A program made the position numbers and the translations under genes. Below the pieces are notes generated by a model, which had not been told where the DNA came from, searched no databases, and was given only the letters and a program-made list of their open reading frames with translations. A stretch of 64,000 bases of DNA from an uncultured Gemmatimonadales bacterium (GTDB taxonomy: Bacteria; Gemmatimonadota; Gemmatimonadetes; Longimicrobiales; Gaopeijiaceae), in NCBI GenBank assembly GCA_963809895.1, contig CAWELD010000003.1, positions 2,944,001 through 3,008,000 on the forward strand, written 5' to 3'. Positions 30,332 to 41,678 of this stretch are shown in pieces (positions within the stretch are counted from its first letter, which is position 1; each line of letters opens with the position of its first letter).

Positions 30332-32462
30332 ATGAAGATCGCCGTTCGCCGTCTCGTCGCCGCCGCCGTCTGCCTCAGCGCCTGCGCTCCCGCCTATCCC
30401 CCACCGCCCGAGTCCCGAGTGGCGACGGTGGTGGATACGCTGCACGGCGTGGCGTTCGCCGACGATTATCGGTGGCTCGAGGACCAGGACGCTCCGGAAA
30501 CCCGCGCCTGGATCGCGGCCCAGAACACCTACGCGGAGCAGATCGTGGGCGAGCCGGCGCTGCGGGAGCGCCTCCGTGCCCGCCTGCGCGAGCTGGTGGA
30601 TCGCGACGACGTGGGCACCGCCCGCCGCGCCGGCGACTACGAGTACTTCTCCATGGTCCGCGAAGGTGAGGAGATGGGCCGGGTCTACCGCCGACCGACC
30701 CAGGACGGCGCCGCGCTCGACGAACCCTCCGTGGACGGGGACTACGAGGTGGTACTGGATCCCGCGGACTTCGACCCGGACTACCGGGTCACGGTTTCCA
30801 TGGGCGATTTCTCTCCGGACGGCCGCTACATGATGTACACCGTGCGCCAGGGCGGCGCCGACGAGATCGCGGTGCACGTGCGTGACCTGCTCACCGGCCA
30901 GGACCTGCCCGACAGCCTCCCCGACGCGCTGTACGGGGGATTGGAATGGGACGACGACGGCCAGGGCTACACCTACGTCCACCGGGACCGATACCAGGGT
31001 CCGCGGATCCGTCACCATGCGCTGGGCGCCGGCCCGGCCGACGACGAGTTGGTCTGGGGCGAGGGCTATCCCCCGACCACCTTCGTCGGCATGAACGACA
31101 CGCCGGATGGCCGCTGGCGCCTCTACAACGTCAACTTCGGCTGGGCGCGGGCCGACTGGTTCATCCAGGACGCGCGCATCGGGCGGCTCCATCCGACCGC
31201 TGGTCGCGGGAATCCCGGCGCACTTTCAGGTCCGCTACCGCCAGGGGCGCCTGTACGTCCTCACCGATTGGAACGCCTCCAACTACCGCCTCATGGTGGC
31301 GGACCCCGAACAGTCCGACCCGGCGTCGTGGACCGAGCTGATTCCCGAGGCCGACGACCTGCTCGAAGGCTACACCTTCATCGGTGACCGCATCTACGCC
31401 ACCTACCTCCACGACGTGGCGGACCGCATCCGCGTCTTCGAGACCGACGGGACGCCCGCAGGTGACATCGAGGTACCGGACAACTCGAGCGTGACCATCC
31501 GTGGAGCCGACGACGGACAGGCCGAGCTCACCGTCAGCGGATATCTCCGCCCTTCACGCACCTGGACCCTCGATCTCGCCGACGGCACGCGCACGCTCAC
31601 CGACTCTTCCGAGGTCCCCTTCGACACCGCGGGAGTCATGGTCACGAAAACCTTCTTCACCTCGGCCGACGGCACGCGGGCCCCCATGTACGTCATGCAC
31701 CGCCGGGGTCTGGTGCTCGACGGCACCAATCCCACCATCCTGAACGGCTATGGCGGGTTCAACGTCGCCATCAAGCCCGGCTTCTCCGCCAACGCCGCGG
31801 CCTGGGTGGAGATGGGTGGGGTCTACGCCGTCGCGACGCTCCGGGGCGGCAACGAATACGGCGAGGAATGGCACCGGGCGGGCATGCTGGAGAACAAGCC
31901 CAACGTCTTCGCCGACTTCATCGCCGCCGCCGAGCACCTGATCGCCGAGGGCTACACCGACCCGGACCACCTGGGGATCTCCGGAGCCAGCAACGGAGGC
32001 CTGTTGGTGGGCGCCGCCCTGACCCTGCGGCCCGACCTCTTCCGGGCCGTGCTGTGCGGGTTTCCCGATCTGGACATGATCCGCTTCTGGGATTTCCAGG
32101 ACCGCAACAACATGCCCGCCCTCTTGGAGTACGGAGACGCCCGCAACGCGGACCAGTTCGAAGCCATCCGCACCTACTCGCCCTATCAGGCGGTGCGGGA
32201 CGGCGTGGACTACCCGGCGGTCATGCTCTCCACCGGCGATCTGGACACCCGGGTGCCACCGCTGCAGGCCCGGCGCATGACCGCGCGCCTGCAGGCCGCC
32301 ACGAGCTCCGGGCTACCGGTGATCCTCTTCTACGACGAGATGGGAGGCCACGCCGCCGGCCGCGGTCAGCCCACGAGCATGCGCGTGGAGAGCATGGCCC
32401 GCGGGCTGACCTTCATGGCCGAGCAGCTGGGACTGACGGCTACAGACCCAGCTTCTCCCTGA
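30332..32462 (+). CDS. Prolyl oligopeptidase (S9A), lipoprotein; one frameshift near 31180
   Basis: LSAC lipobox, DDYRWLED, GYGGFN, GASNGGLL, DTRV, GH. Confidence 0.92.
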
Positions 32463-33309
32463 CGAAGCGACGCACGAACGCCGCCGGGGGATTGTGCGCC
32501 CGGGCCATGTCGTAGGCCTTGCGGTAGAGCTCGTTGGCCTCGTCCGTCCGTCCCATGCGCTCCCAGGTCATGGCCAGCAGCGTGTTCATGAACGGATCGT
32601 TCTGGTTGCCGCGCATCTCCACGGTGGTGGTCAGGTCGGCCTCGGCCTTCTCCAGGTCGCCTGTGAAGAGCGCCACGTAGCCCGTGAGGTACGGGAAGAA
32701 GCGCTCCTGCTGCGCCGCCATCTCCGGATCGCCGTCCAGCGCCGCCCGGGCGGCTGCGATCTGGCGCTGCGCTTCTTCGGCATCCCCCCGGCGGGCCGCG
32801 ATCCGTCCCAGGGCGTGGGCCAGGCGGTAGTCCCACAACGACGCGGGATGCGTGCGTGGCTCGGGCTCCTTCAGGCCCAGCTCGTGGCCACGACGATACC
32901 ACTCCTCCGCCGTATCCAGGTCCCCCACGTCCACGCACACGCGCGCTCCTTCGTCGGCCATCTCGCCTTCCTGATAGAAGGCGTTCTGGGGATCGGCCTC
33001 CTCCTGCGTGCGCCAGTAGTCGATGACCATCTGCTCGTAGCGGATGGTGTTGGCGCAGTCGCCGGCGAAGGCGTACGACATGGCCATGGCACGCTGCACC
33101 TGGGCCCGGTCCGCCGGGTCCGAGACCGTGTCCAGCACGGACTGATAGATGGCCAGCGCCTGCTCGGTGGCGCCGTCGCGATCGAGCTGCGCCGCATCAT
33201 TGAGCGGCCCGGAGCCTCGCTGGGCCTGCAGCGGTGACACGGCCGCCACGGCGAAGGCGCACACCACGGCAACGCTCAGGATGAAGGGAAGGCGATTCGG
33301 GCGAGCCAT
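32440..33309 (-). CDS. Secreted tetratricopeptide-repeat protein
   Basis: Signal peptide, TPR-like helices, GGAGGAG SD. Confidence 0.75.
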   Translation of the reverse strand: MARPNRLPFILSVAVVCAFAVAAVSPLQAQRGSGPLNDAAQLDRDGATEQALAIYQSVLDTVSDPADRAQVQRAMAMSYAFAGDCANTIRYEQMVIDYWRTQEEADPQNAFYQEGEMADEGARVCVDVGDLDTAEEWYRRGHELGLKEPEPRTHPASLWDYRLAHALGRIAARRGDAEEAQRQIAAARAALDGDPEMAAQQERFFPYLTGYVALFTGDLEKAEADLTTTVEMRGNQNDPFMNTLLAMTWERMGRTDEANELYRKAYDMARAHNPPAAFVRRFVREKLGL

Positions 33310-33510
33310 GGCGTCTCCTCCTCTCTCGGGGATCCACGTGGGCGAGGATCCCCACTATACAAGGCCTGGCGGTCCGTGCGCGACAGACCGCAGCGAGGGC
33401 GCGACCAGGGAGCGGCGTGCCGGGCCCCACTTTCTCATCGGCGGAGCCCCGATCTACCTTGCCCCCGGTTTCGTACCCTGGGCCCCACACCTTCCAGCGA
33501 GGAATTGGCC

Positions 33511-34329
33511 ATGGAGCGACCGCTGATCCGCGCCCTGACCCCCACGATCGGCGCGGAGATCCTCGGGATCGACCTGGACGATCTCGACGACGCCGGACTG
33601 GAGCTCATCCGGGATGCGCTGGCCCGGCATCTGGTGGTCTTCTTCCGCGATCAGGACATCTCCATCGAGGCCCACAAGGCGTTGGGTGCACACTTCGGCA
33701 CGCTGGACGTGCATCCCAACGACCCCGGGCTCGAGGGGCACCCGGAGGTCATGATCATCCACGCCGACGCCAGCTCCAGGCGGGTCGCCGGAGAGATGTG
33801 GCACTCCGACGTGTCGTGCGCCGAGCAGCCGCCCATGGGATCCATCCTCCACCTCTTCGAGCTGCCCGAAAGCGGCGGCGACACGCTCTTCGCCAACATG
33901 TACGCGGCGTACGAGGCGTTGTCGGAGCGGATGCGGGGATTCCTGGACGGCCTCACGGCGATCCACGACGGCGGGCCCTACTACCGGCAGGTGAACGCCA
34001 TCCTGGGTCGGGACGACGGTGGCCGGAGCTATCCCAGCGCCGAGCACCCCGTGGTTCGCACCCATCCCGTCACCGGCCGACGGTGCCTGTTCGTGAACTC
34101 CATGTTCACCACGCGGATCGTCGGCCTGCCCACGGCCGAGAGCGACGCCATCCTGGCTTTCCTCTTCCAGCACGTGCGCAATCCGGTCTTCCAGTGCCGC
34201 TTCCGCTGGGAACGCCACTCCATGGCATTCTGGGACAACCGCTGCACCCAGCACTTCGCGGTCTGGGACTACTTTCCCCAGACGCGCTCGGGATATCGCG
34301 TGACGATCCGGGGCGAGCGGCCCGAGTAG
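33511..34329 (+). CDS. TauD/TfdA-family Fe(II)/2-oxoglutarate dioxygenase
   Basis: IGAEI.GIDL, WHSD, GGDTLF, HPVVRTHPVTGR, WDNRCTQH. Confidence 0.92.
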   Translation: MERPLIRALTPTIGAEILGIDLDDLDDAGLELIRDALARHLVVFFRDQDISIEAHKALGAHFGTLDVHPNDPGLEGHPEVMIIHADASSRRVAGEMWHSDVSCAEQPPMGSILHLFELPESGGDTLFANMYAAYEALSERMRGFLDGLTAIHDGGPYYRQVNAILGRDDGGRSYPSAEHPVVRTHPVTGRRCLFVNSMFTTRIVGLPTAESDAILAFLFQHVRNPVFQCRFRWERHSMAFWDNRCTQHFAVWDYFPQTRSGYRVTIRGERPE

Positions 34330-34363
34330 GGCCCGACCCCACGAATGCCGTGGCCGTGCCGGC

Positions 34364-35833
34364 TCAGCCCACGGGTCGGCGCATGAGCGCCTCGATCTCG
34401 TCGATGTCCCGGGGAGCCGTGCTGATGCGGCGGAGCCCCGTGGGTGTGACCACGTAGTCGTCTTCGATCCGGACGCCGGTGTTCTCGTAGCGCGCCACCG
34501 CATCGCGCACCGCCGCGATGAATCTCCGGTTGCGCGGGGTGTCCGGGAGTGCGTTCAGCGAGGCCGTGGCGATGTAGATGCCGGGCTCGATGGTGAAGAC
34601 GTCGCCCACGCGGTACGTGCCGTCGCGGCCGTAGTACTGGGCCGGATCGTGCACCTCGAGGCCGATGCCGTGGCTGATGCCGTGGATCGTCCACAGGTTG
34701 GCCTGCAAGCACGAGCTCGGCTGCCGCTGGCAGTCGGCGGCCCACGGCGGATCGAACATGGCATCGGCCGACTCCACGAGGCCCAGCTCCGCCAGACCAC
34801 GGGCGCGCACCACCACCGACGAGTCCTGCGCCGCAGCCTGCGACAGACCGGGCCCCGAATTCCTCTCGGCGGCGGCCTGGGCGTCGCGCACGAGCTGGTA
34901 GATCGCTCGCTGCTCCTGCGTGAAGGTCCCGCTCACCGGAATGGTACGCGTGATGTCCGCGGCGTAGCCCCGGTACTCGGCCCCCGCGTCCATGACCACC
35001 AGGTCGCCGGGGCGTGCCTCGGCCATGTCCTCCATGTAGTGGAGCTGGGTGCCGTTCGGGCCGGCACCGACGATGGAGCCGTAGGCGACGCGCTCGGCAC
35101 CCAGGCGGGTGAAGGTGCTCTCCAGGGCCGCCCGCAGCTCGTACTCGTGGCGTGGGTCGGGCACCCGCATGGCGGCCAGGTGGCCCTCGGAGCTGATGTG
35201 CGCGGCCTTCTCCAGCAGCTCGATCTCCGCGGGACTCTTTCGGGCTCGCAGGGCGTCCACGAGGGGGTGGGCATCCTCCACGGTGAGGTCGGAGTGGCGC
35301 TCTCGGAGGCGGCGCACGAAGGACTGGCCCCGGGTCAGGGAATCCTCGGCGGCGAAGTCGGCGGCCTGGAAGTCGGCCAGGGCGAAGAAGGGCAGCCCCG
35401 AATCCGCCAGTGAATCGAGGACGGGACGGAGCGCGGCGAAGGAGCGACCTCCTACGCCGAGGCTGTCCTGGACGGTCGTGGAATCTGGCCGCCGACCGTA
35501 GTAGAAGGCCCTGCGGGGGTCCACCGGCGTCAGGAAGAGCGTGGACTCTCCGTTGCCCCCATGGACGACCATGACGAAGGCTGCGTCGGGCTCGTCGAGC
35601 CCGGTCAGATAGTGAAACGCCGGGAGCTGGAAGAATGGACCGCGATCCGTGATCGGGGTCGGGGCCCCGAAGGCGACCACTACCCCGTCACCCACCCGAG
35701 CCGCCAGGGAATCCCGCCGGGCCGCGTATTCGGCCGGCGTGATCTGCGCCTGGGCGGTGCGCACGGCTCCGACGGAGAGCGCCCCCGCGATGAGGGCAAG
35801 GCCAGCCGCACCGCGGATATCGAGAGCCTGCAT
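34364..35833 (-). CDS. Aminopeptidase P (M24B), secreted
   Basis: RARKSPAEI, LHY, MDAGAEY.GYAADITRT, HGISHGIGLEVHD, TIEPGIY, GVRIEDD; signal peptide. Confidence 0.92.
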   Translation of the reverse strand: MQALDIRGAAGLALIAGALSVGAVRTAQAQITPAEYAARRDSLAARVGDGVVVAFGAPTPITDRGPFFQLPAFHYLTGLDEPDAAFVMVVHGGNGESTLFLTPVDPRRAFYYGRRPDSTTVQDSLGVGGRSFAALRPVLDSLADSGLPFFALADFQAADFAAEDSLTRGQSFVRRLRERHSDLTVEDAHPLVDALRARKSPAEIELLEKAAHISSEGHLAAMRVPDPRHEYELRAALESTFTRLGAERVAYGSIVGAGPNGTQLHYMEDMAEARPGDLVVMDAGAEYRGYAADITRTIPVSGTFTQEQRAIYQLVRDAQAAAERNSGPGLSQAAAQDSSVVVRARGLAELGLVESADAMFDPPWAADCQRQPSSCLQANLWTIHGISHGIGLEVHDPAQYYGRDGTYRVGDVFTIEPGIYIATASLNALPDTPRNRRFIAAVRDAVARYENTGVRIEDDYVVTPTGLRRISTAPRDIDEIEALMRRPVG

Positions 35834-36011
35834 GGATCGAGTCCTCCTGGAGGGTTGAGCGCGAGATGGCAATGTAGGGATACCGCGAAGTCACGACAGG
35901 ATCCCAGGCACCGCTTGCGGCGCGAGAGCGACGCCAGTCATTTCCCGCCGGCGCCGCGGCGGCAGGCCGCGGGCGCGGCACGAATCCCCCAGCCGAGAGC
36001 CGAGCGCCGTC

Positions 36012-37358
36012 ATGACGACGACTCCGGGTAACGCACCCGAGCTGCGCCGCTCCATCCGGACCGTGCACGCCACGTCCATGGTGGTGGGCACCATCATCGG
36101 CGCCTCGATCTTCGTGCAGCCCTCGGAGATCACGGGCCAGGTCCCGTCGCTGGCCGGCATCTTCGGGGTGTGGGTGTCGGCCGGCCTTCTCACCCTCTTC
36201 GGCGCCCTGGCGTGCGCCGAGCTCGCGTCGGCCTTCCCCGCCACGGGCGGTGTCTACGTCTTCCTCCGTGAGACCTGGGGACGCCCGCTGGGATTCCTGT
36301 GGGGCTGGGCCATGTTCTGGAGCATGCACTCCGGCATCATCGCGGCCATCGCCGTGGTGTTCGCGCGCTACGTCGGGTTCTTCACTCCTCTGGGCACGCT
36401 GGGAACCCGCCTGGTCGCGGTCGGGGCCATCCTCGCCCTGTCGGCCGTCAACTACGTGGGCGTGCGGGCCGGGAGCCGGCTCCAGACCGCCTTCACCGTG
36501 GCCAAGGTCGGGGCCGTGATCGTCATCACGGTCCTGGCCTTCGCGTTGGGAGGCCGGGTCAGCGGCCATTTCGTGCCGGCGAGCGACGCCGCCGCCGGAG
36601 TGACCCTCCAGGACTTCGCCATGGCCGTGGCGGCAGGGCTGTTCGCCTTCGGCGGATGGCACATGGTGACGTACAGCGCGGGAGAGACGGAAGACGCGCG
36701 GCGCACCATCCCCCGAGCCCTGCTGTGGGGAACGCTCACGGTCACCGCCTGTTACATGGCCCTCAATGCCGCCTACCTGTACGTCCTGCCGCTGGATACG
36801 GTGGCGAGCTCGACCCGGGTCGCCGCAGACGCCGCGGAGCGCCTGGTCGGTCCCCGGGGCGCCGCGGCCATCTCGGGCCTCGTGGTCTTCTCCTCCTTCG
36901 GTGCGCTCAGCGGAATCGTGCTCGTCGGACCGCGTGTCTATCTGTCCATGGCCCGTGACGGACTTCTCTTCCGATGGTTGGGTGACGTGCATCCACGCTT
37001 TCGCACGCCGCACCGGGCCGTGGCGCTGCAAGCGGTGTGGGCCAGCGTGCTGGCGGCGACGGGAACGTACCGCGGTCTCTTCACCCGCGTCATCTACACG
37101 GAGTGGATCTTCTTCGGGCTGATGGCGGCCGGACTCTTCGTGCTGCGGCGCCGGGGCGGGTACTCGCCCTCCTACCGCATGTGGGGATACCCCTGGTCCA
37201 CGGCCCTCTTCGTGGCCATCAGTTTCCTGGTGGTGGCCAATCACCTCCGCGCCGCCCCCACGGAGAGCGTCACGGGACTCCTCATCGTCGCCGCGGGCCT
37301 ACCGGTCTACATGTTGTGGCCGAAGCCCGCCCCTTCACCGAGCCGGAGCGCCGAATGA
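36012..37358 (+). CDS. APC-family amino acid permease (LAT-like)
   Basis: VGTIIGASIF, AELAS..P.TGG.YVFL, FAFGGW, 12 TM pattern. Confidence 0.92.
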   Translation: MTTTPGNAPELRRSIRTVHATSMVVGTIIGASIFVQPSEITGQVPSLAGIFGVWVSAGLLTLFGALACAELASAFPATGGVYVFLRETWGRPLGFLWGWAMFWSMHSGIIAAIAVVFARYVGFFTPLGTLGTRLVAVGAILALSAVNYVGVRAGSRLQTAFTVAKVGAVIVITVLAFALGGRVSGHFVPASDAAAGVTLQDFAMAVAAGLFAFGGWHMVTYSAGETEDARRTIPRALLWGTLTVTACYMALNAAYLYVLPLDTVASSTRVAADAAERLVGPRGAAAISGLVVFSSFGALSGIVLVGPRVYLSMARDGLLFRWLGDVHPRFRTPHRAVALQAVWASVLAATGTYRGLFTRVIYTEWIFFGLMAAGLFVLRRRGGYSPSYRMWGYPWSTALFVAISFLVVANHLRAAPTESVTGLLIVAAGLPVYMLWPKPAPSPSRSAE

Positions 37359-38332
37359 TCATCGATTTCCACAACCACTTCTATCCCGGCGCCTATCTGG
37401 ACGCGGTCAAGCGAGGTCCGTCGAACGTCCGCTACGAAGAGGACGCGGCCGGCAATCCCGTGCTTCATTATCCCGGGGACTACAACGTGGCGGTGCCCGG
37501 GCACCGAGACCCCGCCTACCGCGCGTCGGTGCTGCGGGAGCACGGCGTGGACCGCCAGGTGCTCACCTTCACCTCACCCGGCACACACTTCGAGGAACCC
37601 GAGCTGGCGGTGAAGCTGGCCCGTCAGGTGAACGACGCCTTTGCCGGGCTCGTCCGCAAGAAGGGCCCCTACCTGGCCCTGGCGACCCTGCCGCTCAACG
37701 ATCCGGCAGCCAGCGTGGAGGAGCTGGAGCGCGCCATGAGCGAGCTGGATCTTCCCGGGGCCATGCTCTTCAGCAACGTGAACGGGATCCCGCTGGCGGA
37801 CCCCCGCTACGAGCCTTTGTGGCAGACCGCGGACCGGTTGGGCGCGGTCCTCTACATCCACCCGATCCATCCCGTGGGCGTGGAGGCCATGACCGAGTAC
37901 TGGCTCATGCCCCTGGTGGGATTCCTCACCGACACCACGCTGGCCGCGGCGCACCTGGTCTACGCCGGGGTTCCGGAGCGTCACCCGGGGATCACCTGGG
38001 CCCTCGGCCACCTCGGGGGCGCGATCCCCTATCTCGCCGAGCGCCTGGACCGGGGCTTCGAGGCCTTCGCCGCCTGCCGCGCCAACATCGACCGCCCGCC
38101 CACGGAGTACCTGCGGGAATTCTACCTCGACACGGTCAACTTCGACCCCGCCGCCCTGCGCCTGGCCATCGAGTTCGCCGGCGCCGACCACCTGCTGGCG
38201 GGTAGCGACTACCCCCACATGATCGGGAGCATCCCGAAGATGCTCGCTTCGATCCGCAGCCTGGGCCTGGCCGCGGCCGACGAGGCCGCCATCCTGGGCG
38301 GCAACGCGGCGCGCATCCTGGGGGTAGGCTAG
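37355..38332 (+). CDS. Amidohydrolase_2 family protein (ACMSD-like decarboxylase/hydratase)
   Basis: IDFHNH, YIHP, HLGGAIP, GSDYP; ATGA overlap with the permease. Confidence 0.88.
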   Translation: MIIDFHNHFYPGAYLDAVKRGPSNVRYEEDAAGNPVLHYPGDYNVAVPGHRDPAYRASVLREHGVDRQVLTFTSPGTHFEEPELAVKLARQVNDAFAGLVRKKGPYLALATLPLNDPAASVEELERAMSELDLPGAMLFSNVNGIPLADPRYEPLWQTADRLGAVLYIHPIHPVGVEAMTEYWLMPLVGFLTDTTLAAAHLVYAGVPERHPGITWALGHLGGAIPYLAERLDRGFEAFAACRANIDRPPTEYLREFYLDTVNFDPAALRLAIEFAGADHLLAGSDYPHMIGSIPKMLASIRSLGLAAADEAAILGGNAARILGVG

Positions 38333-40035
38333 CCTCCGCCCAACCCCACCCGGTCCAGTAGCGCCCGGAAGCGGGGCGACGACCGCAGGGGAGCGTACAC
38401 CGGGCGTACACCCAACCAGACCAGGTCCAGGGAGCGCTCGTCGGCCGCGGCTTCGAGCAGATCGAGGGCGGCCTCGTGATCGCCCATGCCGAGCTTCACC
38501 TGCGCGACGAGCGCGGGAGAGACGTAGTGGTCCGCGGCTCGACGCTCCAGCTCGTCGGCTGCTGGAGGCCGCTGGCCCGAGGCGAGGGCCTGAGCATGGG
38601 CCAGGGCGGCGAGGACCTCGCTGCTCCGGTTGGTGAGCTCCAGCGCTTGCTCCAGGACTTCTTGCGCCCGCCCGGAATCCCCCGTTTCCTGATAAGCCAT
38701 GCCCAGGAAGAAGCGGGCCAGGCCGAACTCCGGATAGAGCTCGGCGGCGTGCGACAGCTCCTCGATGGCGCGCGGCGTCTCGCCGGCGTAGAGCGAGATG
38801 ATGCCACGAGATGCGGCCACGACGGGCGACAGCGGGTCCAGCGCCGCCGCCTCGGCCAGTGCGCGTCTGGCTTCTTCGAAGCGTCGGAGCGGTGTGAGCA
38901 GATGGGTCGCCAGCCACTGATGGGTCTGCGCGTGGGTCGGTTGCACTTCGAGCGCCCGCCCGAAATCCCGTTCAGCGCCCGCCCAGTCCCAGTCGTAGAG
39001 ACCGCGCACGGCCGCCAGCGCCGTCAACGCCTCCACCACCTGCGAATCCAGCTCCAGCGCCCGGCGGGCGGCGTTCCTCGCCGAGGGCATGACCTCGCTC
39101 GGCGCCTGGAGCCCGTACAGGCCGAGGATGAACCACGTGTCGGCCTTCCCGGCCTGAGCCAGCGCGAACTCCGGATCCCGTGCCAGGGCGTCGTCGAAGT
39201 AGTCGAGGCTCCTGCGCAGACTCTCCTCGGTGCGGCGATTCCAGAGGTGCCGGCCCTTCAGGTAGAGCTCCCAGGCCTCTACGTCGTCGGTGGGCCGGCG
39301 ATCCAGACGGTCGTTCTCCTGCGGCGACAGCTCGGCGGCCAGCGCGGCAGCGATGCGCCGCGCCACGTCGGACTGGATGGCGAAGATGTCCTCGAGATGC
39401 CGGTCGTAGCGCTCCGCCCACAGATGGCGGTCGTTGGCCGCATCGATGAGCTGCGCGGAGATCCGCACCCGTTCGCCGGCACGTCGCACGCTCCCCTCGA
39501 GCACGTTGCGCACCCCGAGCTCCCTGGCGATGTCTCCCACCGAGCGATCCGTCGTCCGGAACCGCATCACCGAGGTGCGCGAGATCACCTGGAGCTCGTG
39601 GATGCGTGACAGGACGTTGATGATCTCCTCCGTGACCCCGTCCGAGAAGTATTCGTTGTCCGCGTCACCGGTGAGATTCGTGAACGGGAGCACCGCGATG
39701 GATCGCTCGGGGGCGGGCTCCACGGCCTCGGCAGCGGCCGCTACCTCGGCCGGGTGCGAGGCCTCCCGCGAGACCCGCGCCCGTTCGTCCGACACGAGAC
39801 CCTCGTCGGTGAGCTCGAAAGCCCATGCCATGGCGACGGCCACCGGAAAGCCCGCCGCCATCAAGACGATGACCACGGTCATGGTCACCTCGGGGAGGTG
39901 GAGGGGCTCCACGAGCAGATCCACGACCTGAAGCACCACGAACGCCACGACAGCGTAGGTGGCGCCCACCTTGAGCACCTGCCTGCGCTTCAACTCTCCC
40001 AGAAGAGGGGGGCGACGGCGGGGGGAACGAGCCAT
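38329..40035 (-). CDS. Membrane-anchored TolB-like (SIAVLPF) domain plus TPR protein
   Basis: ELKRRQV..two TM helices..AWAFELT; SIAVLPFTNL..YFSDGVTEEII; LEGSVRRAG; HLWAERYD; TPRs. Confidence 0.85.
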   Translation of the reverse strand: MARSPRRRPPLLGELKRRQVLKVGATYAVVAFVVLQVVDLLVEPLHLPEVTMTVVIVLMAAGFPVAVAMAWAFELTDEGLVSDERARVSREASHPAEVAAAAEAVEPAPERSIAVLPFTNLTGDADNEYFSDGVTEEIINVLSRIHELQVISRTSVMRFRTTDRSVGDIARELGVRNVLEGSVRRAGERVRISAQLIDAANDRHLWAERYDRHLEDIFAIQSDVARRIAAALAAELSPQENDRLDRRPTDDVEAWELYLKGRHLWNRRTEESLRRSLDYFDDALARDPEFALAQAGKADTWFILGLYGLQAPSEVMPSARNAARRALELDSQVVEALTALAAVRGLYDWDWAGAERDFGRALEVQPTHAQTHQWLATHLLTPLRRFEEARRALAEAAALDPLSPVVAASRGIISLYAGETPRAIEELSHAAELYPEFGLARFFLGMAYQETGDSGRAQEVLEQALELTNRSSEVLAALAHAQALASGQRPPAADELERRAADHYVSPALVAQVKLGMGDHEAALDLLEAAADERSLDLVWLGVRPVYAPLRSSPRFRALLDRVGLGGG

Positions 40036-41678
40036 CAGCCCGATGCCAGGTAGGCGTGGACCAGGTGGACCGCCACCGAGCCTTCACCCACCGCCGAGGC
40101 CACCCGCTTCACCGACTCCGACCGTACGTCGCCCACGGCGAACACCCCCGGCATGCTGGTCTCCAGCAGCATGGGATCGCGCTCCAGGCTCCAGTGGCCG
40201 CTGGCGGCCAGATCGGAGCCCGCGCACACGAAGCCACCCTCGTCGCGAATGACCACGCCCTTGAGCCAGTCGGTGCGTGGCCGAGCGCCGATGAAGACGA
40301 ACATCGCCGCGGCATCCACTTCGGCCTGACCGGCCGGCGTGCTCAGGGTGACGCTGGCGAGGCGCTCCGTGCCGCGCACCGCCTCCACCTTCGTCTCCAG
40401 CATCACGCGAATGCCCTCGGTGTTCTTCACCTGCTCCACCAGGTAGCTGGACATGCGCTTGTAGAGGCTGTCGGATCGCACCACCAGGAGAACCTCCTCG
40501 GCGAAGCGAGCCAGGTGGACCGCCGCCTGACCCGCCGAGTTGGCGCCCCCCACCACCACGACGCGCTCGCCCTCCAGCCGGGCGGCCTCGGACACGGTGG
40601 ATCCGTAATAGACGCCCCGGCCCACCAGCTCCTCCATACCGGGCGCGCCGAGCTCCCGGTACTGGACTCCCGTGGCAACGATCACCGCGGAGCAGCGCAG
40701 GAGCTGGCCGTCGTCCAGGCGCACCACGCGGTAGGGATCGTCCCGGTCCAGGCCCACCACGCGACGGGGGGTGATGAAGTGGGCTCCGAAGCGTCGGGCC
40801 TGGGTGAGCGCACGCCGGGCCAGATCGGATCCGCTCACCCCCTGTGGAAATCCCAGGTAGTTCTCGATCCGGGAGCTGGTGCCGGCCTGACCACCCGGCG
40901 CCTCGGCCTCCACCACGGCCGTGTTCAGACCCTCGGAGGCGCCGTAGACGGCGGCAGCGAGGCCGGCAGGACCCGCGCCGACCACGACCAGGTCGTAGAA
41001 CTCGGCGTCGGCCTTCGGTTGCATGCCCACCGCTTCGGCCACCATGTCGGGAGACGGGCACGCCAGCACGCTGCCGTCCTCCAGAACCACCAGGGGCAGA
41101 CGGGCGTCTTCCGCAGCCTCGACGAGCTGCATCGCTTCCGGGCTCCGCCCCACCTCGAGCCAGCGGAACGGCACCTGATTTCGTGCCAGGAACTCCCGCA
41201 GGCGGTGGGACTCCACCGACCAGCGATCCCCCACCAGCCGCAGCCCGATCTCGCGGGGCCGACGACCGGCCGACTGCCAATCGTCCAGGAGGTCGTCCAG
41301 GACGGGGTAGAGCTTCTCCTCGGGGGGATCCCACGGCTTCAAGATGTAGTAGTCCACCCGCGCCCGATTGATGGCGTCGATGGCGGCCTGCGTGTCGGCG
41401 TACGCCGTGAGGAGCACGCGGCGGGTACCTACGAACGCCTCGCCCACGCGGGCGAGAAGCTCGGTCCCTTCCATGCCGGGCATGCGCTGATCGGCCACGA
41501 CCAGCGCCACCTGCTCCCCGCGCAGCGCCACTCGATTCAGCAGGTCCAGCGCCTCGGCGCCGGAGCGTGCGGGCACGACCCGATAGCGCGAGGAATACTG
41601 ACTGCGCAGATCACGTTGCACGGCGCCGAGGACCTCGGGATCGTCGTCCACGACCAGGATGTTCGGGCGCTCGGTCAC
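40035..41678 (-). CDS. Response-regulator receiver / glutaredoxin-like / thioredoxin-reductase-like flavoprotein fusion
   Basis: VVDDD..ADQRMP..LTAY..KPW; GAGPAGL; SSRIENYLGFP; GGANSAG; GVFAVGDVR; coupled to both neighbours. Confidence 0.9.
   Translation of the reverse strand: MTERPNILVVDDDPEVLGAVQRDLRSQYSSRYRVVPARSGAEALDLLNRVALRGEQVALVVADQRMPGMEGTELLARVGEAFVGTRRVLLTAYADTQAAIDAINRARVDYYILKPWDPPEEKLYPVLDDLLDDWQSAGRRPREIGLRLVGDRWSVESHRLREFLARNQVPFRWLEVGRSPEAMQLVEAAEDARLPLVVLEDGSVLACPSPDMVAEAVGMQPKADAEFYDLVVVGAGPAGLAAAVYGASEGLNTAVVEAEAPGGQAGTSSRIENYLGFPQGVSGSDLARRALTQARRFGAHFITPRRVVGLDRDDPYRVVRLDDGQLLRCSAVIVATGVQYRELGAPGMEELVGRGVYYGSTVSEAARLEGERVVVVGGANSAGQAAVHLARFAEEVLLVVRSDSLYKRMSSYLVEQVKNTEGIRVMLETKVEAVRGTERLASVTLSTPAGQAEVDAAAMFVFIGARPRTDWLKGVVIRDEGGFVCAGSDLAASGHWSLERDPMLLETSMPGVFAVGDVRSESVKRVASAVGEGSVAVHLVHAYLASG

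Noticed and set aside
24780..31200. Programmed frameshifting in the LuxR-TPR and prolyl oligopeptidase genes
   Set aside because: No evident slippery heptamers, and the window shows scattered sequencing-type indels
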